Of a stretch of DNA of 64,000 nucleotides, positions 27,330 to 36,336 are shown piece after piece; position 1 is the first letter of the stretch; every line of letters begins with the position of its first letter. Location of the stretch: assembly GCA_963422755.1 (NCBI GenBank), contig OY730488.1; one strand, given 5' to 3'. The DNA is from Dehalococcoidia bacterium (GTDB lineage: Bacteria; Chloroflexota; Dehalococcoidia; Bin125). Both the position numbers and the translations under genes were made by a program. Below the pieces are notes generated by a model. That model was not told where the DNA came from. It searched no databases and saw only the letters and a program-made list of their open reading frames with translations.

Positions 27330-27752
27330 ATGCCGCTCAGCAAAGCCAACCTCAACGTCGGCGACCAGCACAGTGAACAGGTTGTGGACAACCTCACGCG
27401 CACGCAGATCATCCAGTACGCCGGCACGTCGGGGGACTACAACCCGTTGCACACCGACGAAATCTTCACCACCCAGATCGCCGGTTACCCCACTGTCTTC
27501 GCGCATGGCATGCTCTCGATGGGCATGACGGGCAAGATGTTGACCAACTATGTGGGCGACGGCCGGCTGACGAACTACGGCGTCCGCTTCGTGAGCCAGG
27601 TCTGGCCGGGCGACTCCCTGACCGCTACGGCGACCGTCGAGGCGATTCGCGACGCAGACGGCGAGGCGCTCGTCGACCTCAGCGTGTCCACTGTCAATCA
27701 GGACGGGACCGCGGTCATCAAGGGAACGGCTACCGCCCGCATCGACCCATAG
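27330..27752 (+). CDS. MaoC-like (R)-specific enoyl-CoA hydratase/dehydratase (HadB-like subunit)
   Basis: The hydratase 2 motif context is present (YAGTSGDYNPLHTDEIFT...FAHGM). Confidence 0.8.
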   Translation: MPLSKANLNVGDQHSEQVVDNLTRTQIIQYAGTSGDYNPLHTDEIFTTQIAGYPTVFAHGMLSMGMTGKMLTNYVGDGRLTNYGVRFVSQVWPGDSLTATATVEAIRDADGEALVDLSVSTVNQDGTAVIKGTATARIDP

Positions 27753-27769
27753 CACGGCGCGTCGCGCGC

Positions 27770-28018
27770 TCAGTCCCCGTCGCGAGGGACATGCTCCTCG
27801 GCTAGATGGCTGAGGTCTGGGATGAGTCGGTCGACGAGCGCCATCATGCCCATGAACGGGATGAAGGCGAGGCCGGTGACGACCGCCCACCACCATTCGG
27901 CAGCGACCAGCGCAAGCACGCAACCGGAGAATGTGAGCCCCATCCCAAGGATGGAGAACACTCGCAGCACCACCGCGAGCGGGGGGATTGGCGGGATCTG
28001 GGGTGGCGTTGCTGACAT
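27770..28018 (-). CDS. Small hypothetical membrane protein (two predicted TM helices)
   Basis: 82 aa with hydrophobic segments (LAVVLRVFSILGMGLTFSGCVLALVAA; AVVTGLAFIPFMGMMALV). It fills the gap between neighbouring genes. Confidence 0.4.
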   Translation of the reverse strand: MSATPPQIPPIPPLAVVLRVFSILGMGLTFSGCVLALVAAEWWWAVVTGLAFIPFMGMMALVDRLIPDLSHLAEEHVPRDGD

Positions 28019-28031
28019 CGGCTCAGCTCTG

Positions 28032-28541
28032 CTACGACTCGATGATGGTCACCGTCTTCATGCGCGGGCCGGGCTCACGGGCGCGCTGCGGATCACGGTC
28101 CGGGAAGGCGTGCACGACCTCCATGCCTGACGCCACCTTGCCGAACGCTGTGTACTCACGATCCAGGAAGGTCGCGTCAGCGTTGCAGATAAAGAACTGG
28201 CTGCCCGCTGAGTTGGGGTCCTGCGCCCGCGCCATCGAGAGCACGCCGGCAACGTGCGAGGTGTCGTTGAACTCCGCGGGCACGTTGTACCCCGGTCCGC
28301 CGGTACCGGTGCCGGTCGGGTCGCCGCCCTGCGCCATGAAGCCACTGATAATTCGGTGGAAGGTGACGCCGTCATAGAAGCCCTCGCGGACGAGGAAGAC
28401 GAACGAGTTCACGTGCTCGGGCGCCAGATCGGGCCAGAGCTCGAGCTCGATCGCGCCGCCGTCCTCCATCTCGATCCTGGCACCGTAGGAGACGCCCTCC
28501 TTGAGGGACATCTCGGGACGTTTGTTGTAGCGCTTGTCCAT
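28032..28541 (-). CDS. Peptidylprolyl isomerase, cyclophilin type
   Basis: It has FHRIISGFMAQGGDP, GVLSMA and SQFFI motifs. Confidence 0.9.
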   Translation of the reverse strand: MDKRYNKRPEMSLKEGVSYGARIEMEDGGAIELELWPDLAPEHVNSFVFLVREGFYDGVTFHRIISGFMAQGGDPTGTGTGGPGYNVPAEFNDTSHVAGVLSMARAQDPNSAGSQFFICNADATFLDREYTAFGKVASGMEVVHAFPDRDPQRAREPGPRMKTVTIIES

Positions 28542-28562
28542 GTCTAAGCCTCGGTTTCCCTG

Positions 28563-28590
28563 GCGCGGCGCACCCGCGCTTGTTTGTGTT
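28563..28590 (+). terminator. Plus-strand-oriented intrinsic-terminator-like hairpin between two minus-strand cyclophilin genes
   Basis: GCGCGG-CGCAC-CCGCGC (6-bp stem) is followed by TTGTTTGTGTT on the plus strand. Confidence 0.3.
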
Positions 28591-28599
28591 CGCTGATGG

Positions 28600-29478
28600 C
28601 TACTGCTCAGTGATGCGGACGGCGGTGATCGTCGGGCCGGCGGGCGGGGCTGGCACAGCGCCGGGATCGCGCGAATCGAAGGCGTACAACAGCTCCATGC
28701 CCTCGGTCACCGTCCCAAATGCGGTGAAGCCCTGATCATCGAGATGGTCTTGTTCACCGAGTTTGATGAAGAACTGAGAAGACGACGCCCCCAGACCGCT
28801 GCGCGCCATCGAGACGACGCCAATTGGCGTAACGGACAGCGCGTCTTCGTTGGCGTCGGAGGTCGCTTCGTCCGGCAGGGTATATCCCGCTCCGCCTGTT
28901 CCAGTGGCGGTCGGGTCTCCGGCCTGCACGATGAAGCCTGGCACGATGCGGTGGAAGGTGAGACCGTCATAGAAGCCCTCGCGGACAAGGAAGACGAAGT
29001 TGTTGACGTGCTCCGGCGCCAGGTCTTCCATCAGATCGATGCTCACCAGACTGCCATCCTGCAGCTCGATCTCGGCGCCGTAGTCGACCTCGTCTTCGAG
29101 CGCGAACGCGGGAGGCCCATCCCATGTCGGCTTGCCCTCAACCGCACCGATGTCCACCTGGGAGCTCGAACGACGGGCAGGAGGGGGATCGACCGTCTGC
29201 GTCGTCTGTCCGTTGTCGAATCCGGTGGCGATGAGTCCAGCGATCAACGCCACCGCGGCGACGATGCCGAACGTTCCCAGCACCCATCGTGAGCGCAGCC
29301 AGGAGCGGCGGCGGCCGCCGGTGTCGAAGCCCTGGATTGAGCGTCGGCGACGCTCGAGACGCTGCGGACGTGTGCGGGCGCTGCGACCTCGTTGTGACAC
29401 CAACCCACCCCTGCCTGAATTCCGCTCGTCATCCTGAGACTGTTGAATGAATATGTAGGCTATCATCGCATCCGCCAC
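28600..29478 (-). CDS. Membrane-anchored cyclophilin-type peptidylprolyl isomerase
   Basis: A basic N-terminus and one TM helix (VLGTFGIVAAVALIAGLIATGF) precede a cyclophilin domain (FHRIVPGFIVQAGDP, GVVSMA, SQFFI). The start is uncertain (29478 or 29466). Confidence 0.8.
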   Translation of the reverse strand: MADAMIAYIFIQQSQDDERNSGRGGLVSQRGRSARTRPQRLERRRRSIQGFDTGGRRRSWLRSRWVLGTFGIVAAVALIAGLIATGFDNGQTTQTVDPPPARRSSSQVDIGAVEGKPTWDGPPAFALEDEVDYGAEIELQDGSLVSIDLMEDLAPEHVNNFVFLVREGFYDGLTFHRIVPGFIVQAGDPTATGTGGAGYTLPDEATSDANEDALSVTPIGVVSMARSGLGASSSQFFIKLGEQDHLDDQGFTAFGTVTEGMELLYAFDSRDPGAVPAPPAGPTITAVRITEQ

Positions 29479-29490
29479 GCCAGTGCCGAG

Positions 29491-30132
29491 ATGCAGCCCG
29501 CTATGCAGTTTCGCCAGGCCGATCTTCCAGCCATCATCTCAGGGGCGATCACGCTGTCGTTCCGACGCTGGAAGCGTCCGCAGGCCCGGGCGGGCAAACG
29601 CCACCGTCTGGGCGACGGCGCTATCGAGATCGTCGCCGTGGAAGCGATCGCTGAATCTGAGATCACCCTGTCGGACGCGCGAGCATCAGGTTGCGACACC
29701 CCAGCCGACGTGCTGACAGCCGTTCACAGCAACCTCCGTAGCAATCAGGATCCCAACGCACAGCTCTATCGGATCGAATTCCGCTGGCTCGGTGAGCAGC
29801 CGCATCCACGCGACGCGCTTGCCGACGACGACGCGCTGGACGCAGCAGCGCAGGAGGAAATCGTGGAGCGGCTGGCCCGGATGGATCGCCGAAGCCGTCG
29901 CGGAGCCTGGACCGCGCGAACGCTATCGGCGATTCGCGACGCGCCTGGCCGCCGCGCTGGGGACTTGGCGCAGGCCCAAAGCTGCGAGACCGCCGCGTTC
30001 AAGGCTGATGTTCGCAAGCTGAAGGCGCTTGGCCTCACTACTAGTCTGGAAATTGGGTATCGACTCTCGCCGCGCGGGCAGGTTGTCCTGGCTGAGATTG
30101 AACGCCGCCAACCAGCGCGACCAGCGACATGA
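29491..30132 (+). CDS. ASCH-like domain protein with a C-terminal winged-helix-like region
   Basis: The N-terminal pattern FRQADLPAIISGAITLSFRRWKRP...AIEIVAVEAI...DARASG resembles the ASCH fold signature. The start is uncertain (29443, 29491 or 29503); the earliest would overlap the divergent cyclophilin gene. Confidence 0.45.
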   Translation: MQPAMQFRQADLPAIISGAITLSFRRWKRPQARAGKRHRLGDGAIEIVAVEAIAESEITLSDARASGCDTPADVLTAVHSNLRSNQDPNAQLYRIEFRWLGEQPHPRDALADDDALDAAAQEEIVERLARMDRRSRRGAWTARTLSAIRDAPGRRAGDLAQAQSCETAAFKADVRKLKALGLTTSLEIGYRLSPRGQVVLAEIERRQPARPAT

Positions 30133-30959
30133 ACGCTGCGGATCGCTACCGGGCCATGGTCGAAGCGCGCACGGCGCAGCAGGCGCGGGTCGGCGCGCCC
30201 TTTGATAGCTCGTATTGGGATCGTTGGGCGCACACCTATCGATTCGACCCCACGCGGGAGCCGGAGCCGCAGCTCGCCGCCGCGCTGCGCTATGTGCGAC
30301 CCGACGACGAGATCATCGAGGTCGGCGGCGGCGCAGGCCGCATGGGGCTGCCGATGGCGCTGCGGGCGCGGTCGCTGCGCAATGTTGAGCCAGCCCGTGC
30401 GATGCGTGAGCAATTCGCGATCGCCGTCGACGAATACGGCATCACTAACGCTGAGTCGATTGCGTCGGCCTGGCCACTGCGCGCACCAGTCCGAGCCGAC
30501 CTCGTCCTGACGGTCGACGTGACCTACTTCATCAAAGAGATCGAACCATTCGTTCGCGCGCTGCATGAATCGGCGCGGCGTCGTGTGATCATCCTCACCT
30601 GGACGGTTGCGCCGCCGAACGTGAACGCCGATCTGTACCAGCTCGCCCTCGACGAGCCATTGGCGCCCTCGCCCGACTTCCAGCATCTGCTGCCTGTGCT
30701 CTGGGAGCTTGGCATCGTGCCCGACGTATTGACCTTGAATCAACCCTTCGCGTGGCCGGAACAGCTGCCGACGAATGATGATGCAGCGTTGTCCTTCGCG
30801 CTGGACGAGCTGGCGGTTGCGGATCATCCCGAGGCGAATACACGAATCCGCGACTCGCTCGATTCGCTGTATGAGCGCGGCGCGAAGTATCGTCCGCAAT
30901 GGCGGGCGGCATCGCGGGCGATGATCATCACCTGGTCGACAGCTGAAGCTCTGCGCTGA
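30129..30959 (+). CDS. Class I SAM-dependent methyltransferase
   Basis: Motif I is present (IIEVGGGAGRMGLPMA). The start ATG overlaps the upstream TGA (ATGA). Confidence 0.65.
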   Translation: MNAADRYRAMVEARTAQQARVGAPFDSSYWDRWAHTYRFDPTREPEPQLAAALRYVRPDDEIIEVGGGAGRMGLPMALRARSLRNVEPARAMREQFAIAVDEYGITNAESIASAWPLRAPVRADLVLTVDVTYFIKEIEPFVRALHESARRRVIILTWTVAPPNVNADLYQLALDEPLAPSPDFQHLLPVLWELGIVPDVLTLNQPFAWPEQLPTNDDAALSFALDELAVADHPEANTRIRDSLDSLYERGAKYRPQWRAASRAMIITWSTAEALR

Positions 30960-30979
30960 AGCGGGGACCGCCTGAAGAC

Positions 30980-31054
30980 TGGCGCCCCCGGTAGGATTCG
31001 AACCTACGCACCCGGCTCCGGAGGCCGGTACTCTATCCCCTGAGCTACGGGGGC
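30980..31054 (-). tRNA. tRNA-Arg (anticodon CCG), CCA encoded
   Basis: Hand-folded on the minus strand: acceptor GCCCCCG/CGGGGGC, anticodon stem CCGGC/GCCGG with loop CTCCGGA, T arm GTAGG-TTCGAAT-CCTAC. 75 nt. Confidence 0.85.
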
Positions 31055-31081
31055 GCCGCGCCGCCACAATATCACCGCGTC

Positions 31082-31118
31082 CATGCCAACGCCCCATGCC
31101 AACGCCCCATGCCAACGC
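31082..31118. repeat. 13-bp tandem repeat CATGCCAACGCCC, about 2.8 copies, immediately upstream (minus-strand sense) of tRNA-Arg
   Basis: Read directly: copies start at 31082, 31095 and 31108 (the last is partial). On the minus strand each unit contains TTGGCA. Confidence 0.9.
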
Positions 31119-31163
31119 AAAGAAACCTGCGGGGACACATCGTGCGCGCTCGGGTGACAGACA

Positions 31164-32717
31164 TCAGCCCAAGTTCGATCGGCGGCGGTACTGGACGGCT
31201 TCGGCCACATGTTGCGCCGACACCGTCTCGGAGGCGGCCAGATCTGCGATCGTTCGCGCCACCTTGAGCACTCGGTGGTAGCCACGGGCGGAGAGCCTCA
31301 GCCGGTCAACTGCCTCCTGGATCAATGTGCGCGCCCGATCGTCGAGCATGTCGGAGCAATAGCGATTGACCTCGCGGGCCGAGAGCGATGCATTGGCATT
31401 GGGGCCATCCATGCCGAAACGTTCACGCTGGACGCTGCGAGCGTCCACGACCCGCTGGCGAACGGATGCGGAAGGCTCCGTACTAGGTGGCGCGACACCG
31501 TTAGCCCCGTCGATTAGTTTCTGCACGTCGACGCGGGGGACGTCGACGAATAGGTCGATCCGATCGAGCACCGGTCCCGAAATTCGCCGCTGATATCGAT
31601 ACACCGCGCCATCGGTGCAGGAGCAGTGTTGGTCGGAGCCGAAGTTGCCGCAGGGGCAGGGGTTCATCGCCGCGATCAGACAGATGTCAGCTGGGTAGGT
31701 CACTGATCCGTGCGCGCGTGAGATCGTGATGGAGCGATCTTCCAACGGCTGCCGCATGGCCTCGAGCGCGCGCACTGAGAACTCTGGCAGCTCATCGAGG
31801 AACAGCACTCCGCGGTGCGCCATCGTAACCTCACCGGGACGCAGCCGCTGCCCGCCGCCGACGAGGCCTGCGTTGGAGATCGTGTGATGCGGCGAGCGGA
31901 ACGGGCGCTCGCGAATCAGCGAAGCACCGCCGGTCATGCCGGCTACTGAGGCGATCTTGGTCACTTCGAGCGCCTCCCGGGGCGTCAGCGGCGGGAGGAT
32001 GCCTGGTAGACATGATGCGAGCAGGGTCTTGCCTGCTCCGGGCGGTCCGCACATCAGCAGGTTATGTCCACCAGCAGCTGCTACTTCTAACGCCCGCTTG
32101 ACATGCTCTTGTCCGCGCGCGTCCGAGAAGTCGTGTCCGTCGAAGTTGGCGCCAGGATCATCTGCCGACGGCTGCATCGTTGGCCAGATGGCATCTGCCA
32201 AGGGCCGCTCTTCGGTCGCGATCTCAATCCAGTCGCGCAGCGAATCAACCGCGACCACCTCGATGCCGTCGATCAGCGACGCCTCTTCCGCATCGACCTT
32301 GGGCACGACGATGCGGCGCACCGCTGCGTCGCGGGCGGCGGCGGTGACGGAGAGAACGCCGCGCACGTGTCGCAGTTCACCGTCGAGCGCGAGTTCTCCG
32401 AGAAACAATGTGTCCTGCACGGCCGATTCGCAAATTTGGCCGGTCGCCACCAGCATGCCAACCGCAATCGGCAGATCGTAGCCTGCGCCCTCCTTGCGGA
32501 TATGGGCTGGCGCCAGGTTGACGGTGACTCGCTTGGTTGGGAAGCCGGCGCCGGCATTGCGGATGGCCGAGCGCACGCGCTCGCGCGCCTCGTCCACGGC
32601 TGCGTCGGGCAGTCCGACGATGGTAGTCTTGGGCAACCCTGAGGAGATGTCGACTTCGACGCAGATGGGCGCTCCGTCCAGGCCGATCACGGCGCCACCG
32701 TTGACTCGCGTGTGCAT
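31164..32717 (-). CDS. comM: YifB/ComM family Mg-chelatase-like AAA+ ATPase
   Basis: The ORF was trimmed to the ATG at 32715-32717, which has a GAAGGAGAG SD. It has a Lon-like N-terminal domain, Walker A (CGPPGAGKT), Walker B (LFLDELPEF) and a C-terminal ChlI-like region. The gene looks intact. Confidence 0.9.
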   Translation of the reverse strand: MHTRVNGGAVIGLDGAPICVEVDISSGLPKTTIVGLPDAAVDEARERVRSAIRNAGAGFPTKRVTVNLAPAHIRKEGAGYDLPIAVGMLVATGQICESAVQDTLFLGELALDGELRHVRGVLSVTAAARDAAVRRIVVPKVDAEEASLIDGIEVVAVDSLRDWIEIATEERPLADAIWPTMQPSADDPGANFDGHDFSDARGQEHVKRALEVAAAGGHNLLMCGPPGAGKTLLASCLPGILPPLTPREALEVTKIASVAGMTGGASLIRERPFRSPHHTISNAGLVGGGQRLRPGEVTMAHRGVLFLDELPEFSVRALEAMRQPLEDRSITISRAHGSVTYPADICLIAAMNPCPCGNFGSDQHCSCTDGAVYRYQRRISGPVLDRIDLFVDVPRVDVQKLIDGANGVAPPSTEPSASVRQRVVDARSVQRERFGMDGPNANASLSAREVNRYCSDMLDDRARTLIQEAVDRLRLSARGYHRVLKVARTIADLAASETVSAQHVAEAVQYRRRSNLG

Positions 32718-32861
32718 CTGACTCTCCTTCGCTTTGCCGAACAGATAGACGGAACTTTTGTTCCGACGATCTGCACCATAGAACACACATTCGCGTTCAG
32801 GCAAGCCTGTCGCCGTTGCATCGGCCGCTCGCGCCTAGACTCTGCCTATGGAGAGTGAACG

Positions 32862-33995
32862 ATGACTAATATTGCCTACCCTGTGCTCGAGAGCGGACTC
32901 GCCTTCTTCAATCACGCTGGTGTGTCGCCGCTGCCCGCCGACGTAGCCCAAGCCGTCCGCGACTACGCAGATCAGGCCGGACGATCCGGGTATTTCGGCT
33001 CGACCTGGCAGGACGATATGGCAGACTTCCGCGTGGTCGCAGCGGAGTTGATCGGCGCGCGCAGCGCCAATGAGATCGCCTTTGTGCCGAACACGGCGAC
33101 CGGCGTCTCCACCTCAGCGGGCGCACTGGGATTGCAGGCTGGCGACCGCATCCTCGTGACCGATGCGGAGTACCCGTCCAATCGCCATTTCTACAACTCG
33201 CTCCAGCAGCGCGGCGTGGAGCTCGATGTCGTGACGCAGCAGGAAGACGGCCGCATCCCGACCGAGGACATGATCTCCGCGATCAACGATCGCACCCGGC
33301 TGGTCGGGCTATCGCACGTACAGTGGGGGAGCGGCTTCCGTTCGAACCTGAAGCCGATCGCCGACGCGGTCCACGCGGTCGGCGGCCTCCTTTCGGTCGA
33401 TGCGATCCAGTCGGCGGGTGCGCTGCCCGTGGATGTGTCGTCAGACGAGGTCGACATCCTCGCCTGCGGCGGTCATAAATGGTTACTCGGCCCAACTGGC
33501 TCCGGCTTGCTCTACATCCGCGAAGAGCTGATCGAGGATCTGATCCCGCCGGTGCTCGGCGCGAACAGCATGGCGGACGGCCTCGCGTCGGGCAACGAAG
33601 CGTTGCACCTCTCGGCGACCGCGTCTCGGTTCGAGCCGGGCGCCACACCCACTGCGACGATGCTGGGATTGCGCGCTTCCATTCGCCACCTCCTCGATAT
33701 CGGCATCGACGAGGTGTGGGCGCAACTGGAGTCCGTGACGGCATATCTGTGCGACGCCCTGACCGCAACCGGCTGCCGGGTATTCTCTCCGCGCGGCGAG
33801 TCCGAACGTAGCGGCATCGTGATCTTCGATCCGCCCGAGGCACTGGCCGCGCGCGAGACCGTGGATGAGACGTGGGAGCGCCTACAGGCGGCGGGGATCA
33901 TCACTGCGGTCCGCTTCGGACGGCTGCGCGCGTCACCGCACTTCTACACGCCGGAATCAGATATCGATCGCCTGGCAGCGGCGTTGCGCGCGTAA
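32862..33995 (+). CDS. Aminotransferase class V (cysteine desulfurase/kynureninase-like PLP enzyme)
   Basis: A PLP lysine context (CGGHKWLLGPTGSGLLY) is present, and the length is typical of the class V fold. Confidence 0.8.
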   Translation: MTNIAYPVLESGLAFFNHAGVSPLPADVAQAVRDYADQAGRSGYFGSTWQDDMADFRVVAAELIGARSANEIAFVPNTATGVSTSAGALGLQAGDRILVTDAEYPSNRHFYNSLQQRGVELDVVTQQEDGRIPTEDMISAINDRTRLVGLSHVQWGSGFRSNLKPIADAVHAVGGLLSVDAIQSAGALPVDVSSDEVDILACGGHKWLLGPTGSGLLYIREELIEDLIPPVLGANSMADGLASGNEALHLSATASRFEPGATPTATMLGLRASIRHLLDIGIDEVWAQLESVTAYLCDALTATGCRVFSPRGESERSGIVIFDPPEALAARETVDETWERLQAAGIITAVRFGRLRASPHFYTPESDIDRLAAALRA

Positions 33996-34027
33996 CGCAT
34001 CACCGAGACCGAAGTCCGAAGGAGCGA

Positions 34028-36247
34028 TCACTGCTCTCGTTCGACGCTGTTGACGCCGTGGACGGCGTCGAGCTTGGACATGACTCGCTGCAGCTGCGCC
34101 AGTCCACTGGCTTCGACGGTGAAGGTGAGCGAGACGGCGCCGTCTCTCGGTTCAGCTGTCACGAACGAGACCATGTTGACGTTCTCGTCGGCGCAGATGC
34201 CTGCTACGTCGCGGGCGAGTCCGACACGGTCCCAACCAACGATCTTGAGCCGCGCCTCGGTGACGCCGGTGTAGGTGTTCCAACGCACTGGGACGATCCG
34301 AGCTTCATCCTGGATCGCCAGAATGTTGGGGCACTCGCTGCGATGGATGGTGACGCCGCGGCCGCGTGTGATGAACCCGGTGATCGCATCGCCCGTTTGC
34401 GGGGTGCAGCATGGCGCGAGACGCGTATGCAGCTTGTGGCCGCCCAGCACCTGGACACCGCCGGTGGCGTTCGCCGGCGCAGGCTGCGGGACCTCGACGT
34501 CCTTTGCACGTTCTGGCTCGGCACCGGCAGAGGCGACCTTCAGCGAGACGGCATGCGCCGTCATGTCGCCGGAGCCGATCATCGCGAGCGCGTCGTCGAG
34601 ATTCTTTGTGCGGGTCGCCGCTAACACGTCCGCTTCGACGCTCGGTAGTTTGAGACTCAGACGGCGCAGTTCGCGTTCGAGTTCGTCGCGGCCGCGTGCG
34701 ATGTTCTCAGTCCGCGCCTGTTTGTTGAACCACTGGCGAATCTTGGTGCGCGCGTGTTGTGTGGTGACGTAGCCCAACACGGGGTTCAGCCAGTCGCGGC
34801 TGGGGCCCTTCGCCGTGCGGCTGGTGACGATTTCGACTACGTCGCCGTTCTGCAGAGACGTGGTCAGACGAGAGAGCCGTCCATTGACTTTGGCGCCGAC
34901 GCATTGATAACCGACATCGGTGTGGATGCGGAAGGCGAAGTCGAGCGGCGTCGCGCCCGCCCGCAGGGCCATGATCTCTCCTTTTGGCGTATGCACGAAG
35001 ACCTGGTCGGGAAAGACGTCGGAACGCAGCGACTCGATGAAGTCTTCAGCGCCGGGTAGCTCGCCCTGCCATTCGACCAGCTGTCGCAGCCAGGTCAGTC
35101 GTTCCCGATCGTTCACCGCGTTGTGGCGATTTTCTTTGTACGCCCAGTGCACGGCGACGCCGAATTCAGCTTCCTGATCCATCTCTCGCGTGCGGATCTG
35201 CACTTCGACCGGGTGCGAGGGCGACCAGAAGGCCGTTGTGTGCAACGACTGGTAGCCGCTCGGCCGCGGACTGGCGATGTAGTCGTCGAACTCGCCCGTC
35301 AGCGGCCGCCAGAGTCCATGCACCACCCCGAGCGCGGCGTAACAGTCACGCGTTGTCTCGGTCAGCACGCGCAGCGCGAGCAGGTCGTAGATGTCGTCGA
35401 AGGACTTGCCCTGCGCGGCGTATTTCTTGATCTTTTCGCGGATCGAGTAGAGGTGCTTCACGCGGCCGCGCACCTGAGCCTCGATCCCGGCATCCTCGAG
35501 GGCGTTCTCTAGCTGAATGCGGATCTGGCCGAGATAGCGCTCGCGCGTTTGTCGGCGCGAGGCCACAAGGTCAGTGATTCGTTGGTGTTCGTCTGGTTCG
35601 AGATATGTGAAGGACAGGTCTTCGAGTTGGGCCCGGATCTGCCAGATGCCAAGTCGGGCGGCCAGTGGCGCATAGATCTCCATCGTCTCGCGGGCGATCC
35701 GTAGCCGTTTTTCCGGGCGCATCGCATCGAGCGTGCGCATGTTGTGCAGGCGATCAGCCAACTTCACGATGACCACCCGAACGTCCTCTGCCATGGCGAC
35801 GAACATTTTGCGGAGGTTCTCAGCTTGGTCGGCGCGGTCGAGCGCGCCGCTGACGCTGGGCAGTTGCAGCGCCGACAGCTTGGTCGCGCCTTCCACGAGC
35901 TTGGCCACGTCGACACCGAACTCGCTGACGAGTTGGGCGCGCGTCACGCCGCAATCCTCCATGACATCGTGCAGCAGCGCAGCCTGCAGAGCCGGCACAT
36001 CAAGCTGCAATTCGGCGCATGTCACCGCGGCCGCCAGCGGATGCTCGATGTAGGGGTGACCAGAGCGCCGTAGGTGGCCTGCGTGCTGTTCGCGTGCAAA
36101 TTCGTACGCCGCCAGCACTTGTTCCTGATCAGCGGGCGCCAGGTACTGCTCCAACGCCTCCAGGAGCACGTCGATCGTCGGGTGCTTGGTCAGGTCAATG
36201 ACTTCAGCCTGAACCATTGGGGCCGTCTGATCTGTTGGCGTAACCAT
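34028..36247 (-). CDS. rel: Bifunctional (p)ppGpp synthetase/hydrolase, RelA/SpoT family
   Basis: The HD domain (HPLAAAVTCAEL...HDVMED), the synthetase domain (YRSLHT-like: GYQSLHTTA), and TGS and ACT regions are all present. The start was taken at the ATG at 36245-36247. Confidence 0.9.
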   Translation of the reverse strand: MVTPTDQTAPMVQAEVIDLTKHPTIDVLLEALEQYLAPADQEQVLAAYEFAREQHAGHLRRSGHPYIEHPLAAAVTCAELQLDVPALQAALLHDVMEDCGVTRAQLVSEFGVDVAKLVEGATKLSALQLPSVSGALDRADQAENLRKMFVAMAEDVRVVIVKLADRLHNMRTLDAMRPEKRLRIARETMEIYAPLAARLGIWQIRAQLEDLSFTYLEPDEHQRITDLVASRRQTRERYLGQIRIQLENALEDAGIEAQVRGRVKHLYSIREKIKKYAAQGKSFDDIYDLLALRVLTETTRDCYAALGVVHGLWRPLTGEFDDYIASPRPSGYQSLHTTAFWSPSHPVEVQIRTREMDQEAEFGVAVHWAYKENRHNAVNDRERLTWLRQLVEWQGELPGAEDFIESLRSDVFPDQVFVHTPKGEIMALRAGATPLDFAFRIHTDVGYQCVGAKVNGRLSRLTTSLQNGDVVEIVTSRTAKGPSRDWLNPVLGYVTTQHARTKIRQWFNKQARTENIARGRDELERELRRLSLKLPSVEADVLAATRTKNLDDALAMIGSGDMTAHAVSLKVASAGAEPERAKDVEVPQPAPANATGGVQVLGGHKLHTRLAPCCTPQTGDAITGFITRGRGVTIHRSECPNILAIQDEARIVPVRWNTYTGVTEARLKIVGWDRVGLARDVAGICADENVNMVSFVTAEPRDGAVSLTFTVEASGLAQLQRVMSKLDAVHGVNSVEREQ

Positions 36248-36336
36248 GAATCGATCATACAAAGCGCGGCGGTGCATCCCGCCGCTAACCGGGCGATCGG
36301 GAGACACGTGGCTAAGATGGACGCTGGGGTTCAGCG

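Noticed and set aside
28032-29478. Tandem cyclophilin genes as a novel system.
   Set aside because: Soluble plus membrane-anchored PPIase pairs are common housekeeping paralogs. Only the odd intergenic hairpin was kept as a low-interest finding.
30980-32717. Possible genomic island inserted at comM or tRNA-Arg.
   Set aside because: comM/yifB reads as a single intact 517-aa gene. The tRNA is complete with no partial duplicate copy seen nearby. There is no integrase. Only the small ASCH/methyltransferase pair is mildly suspicious, and it is reported separately.
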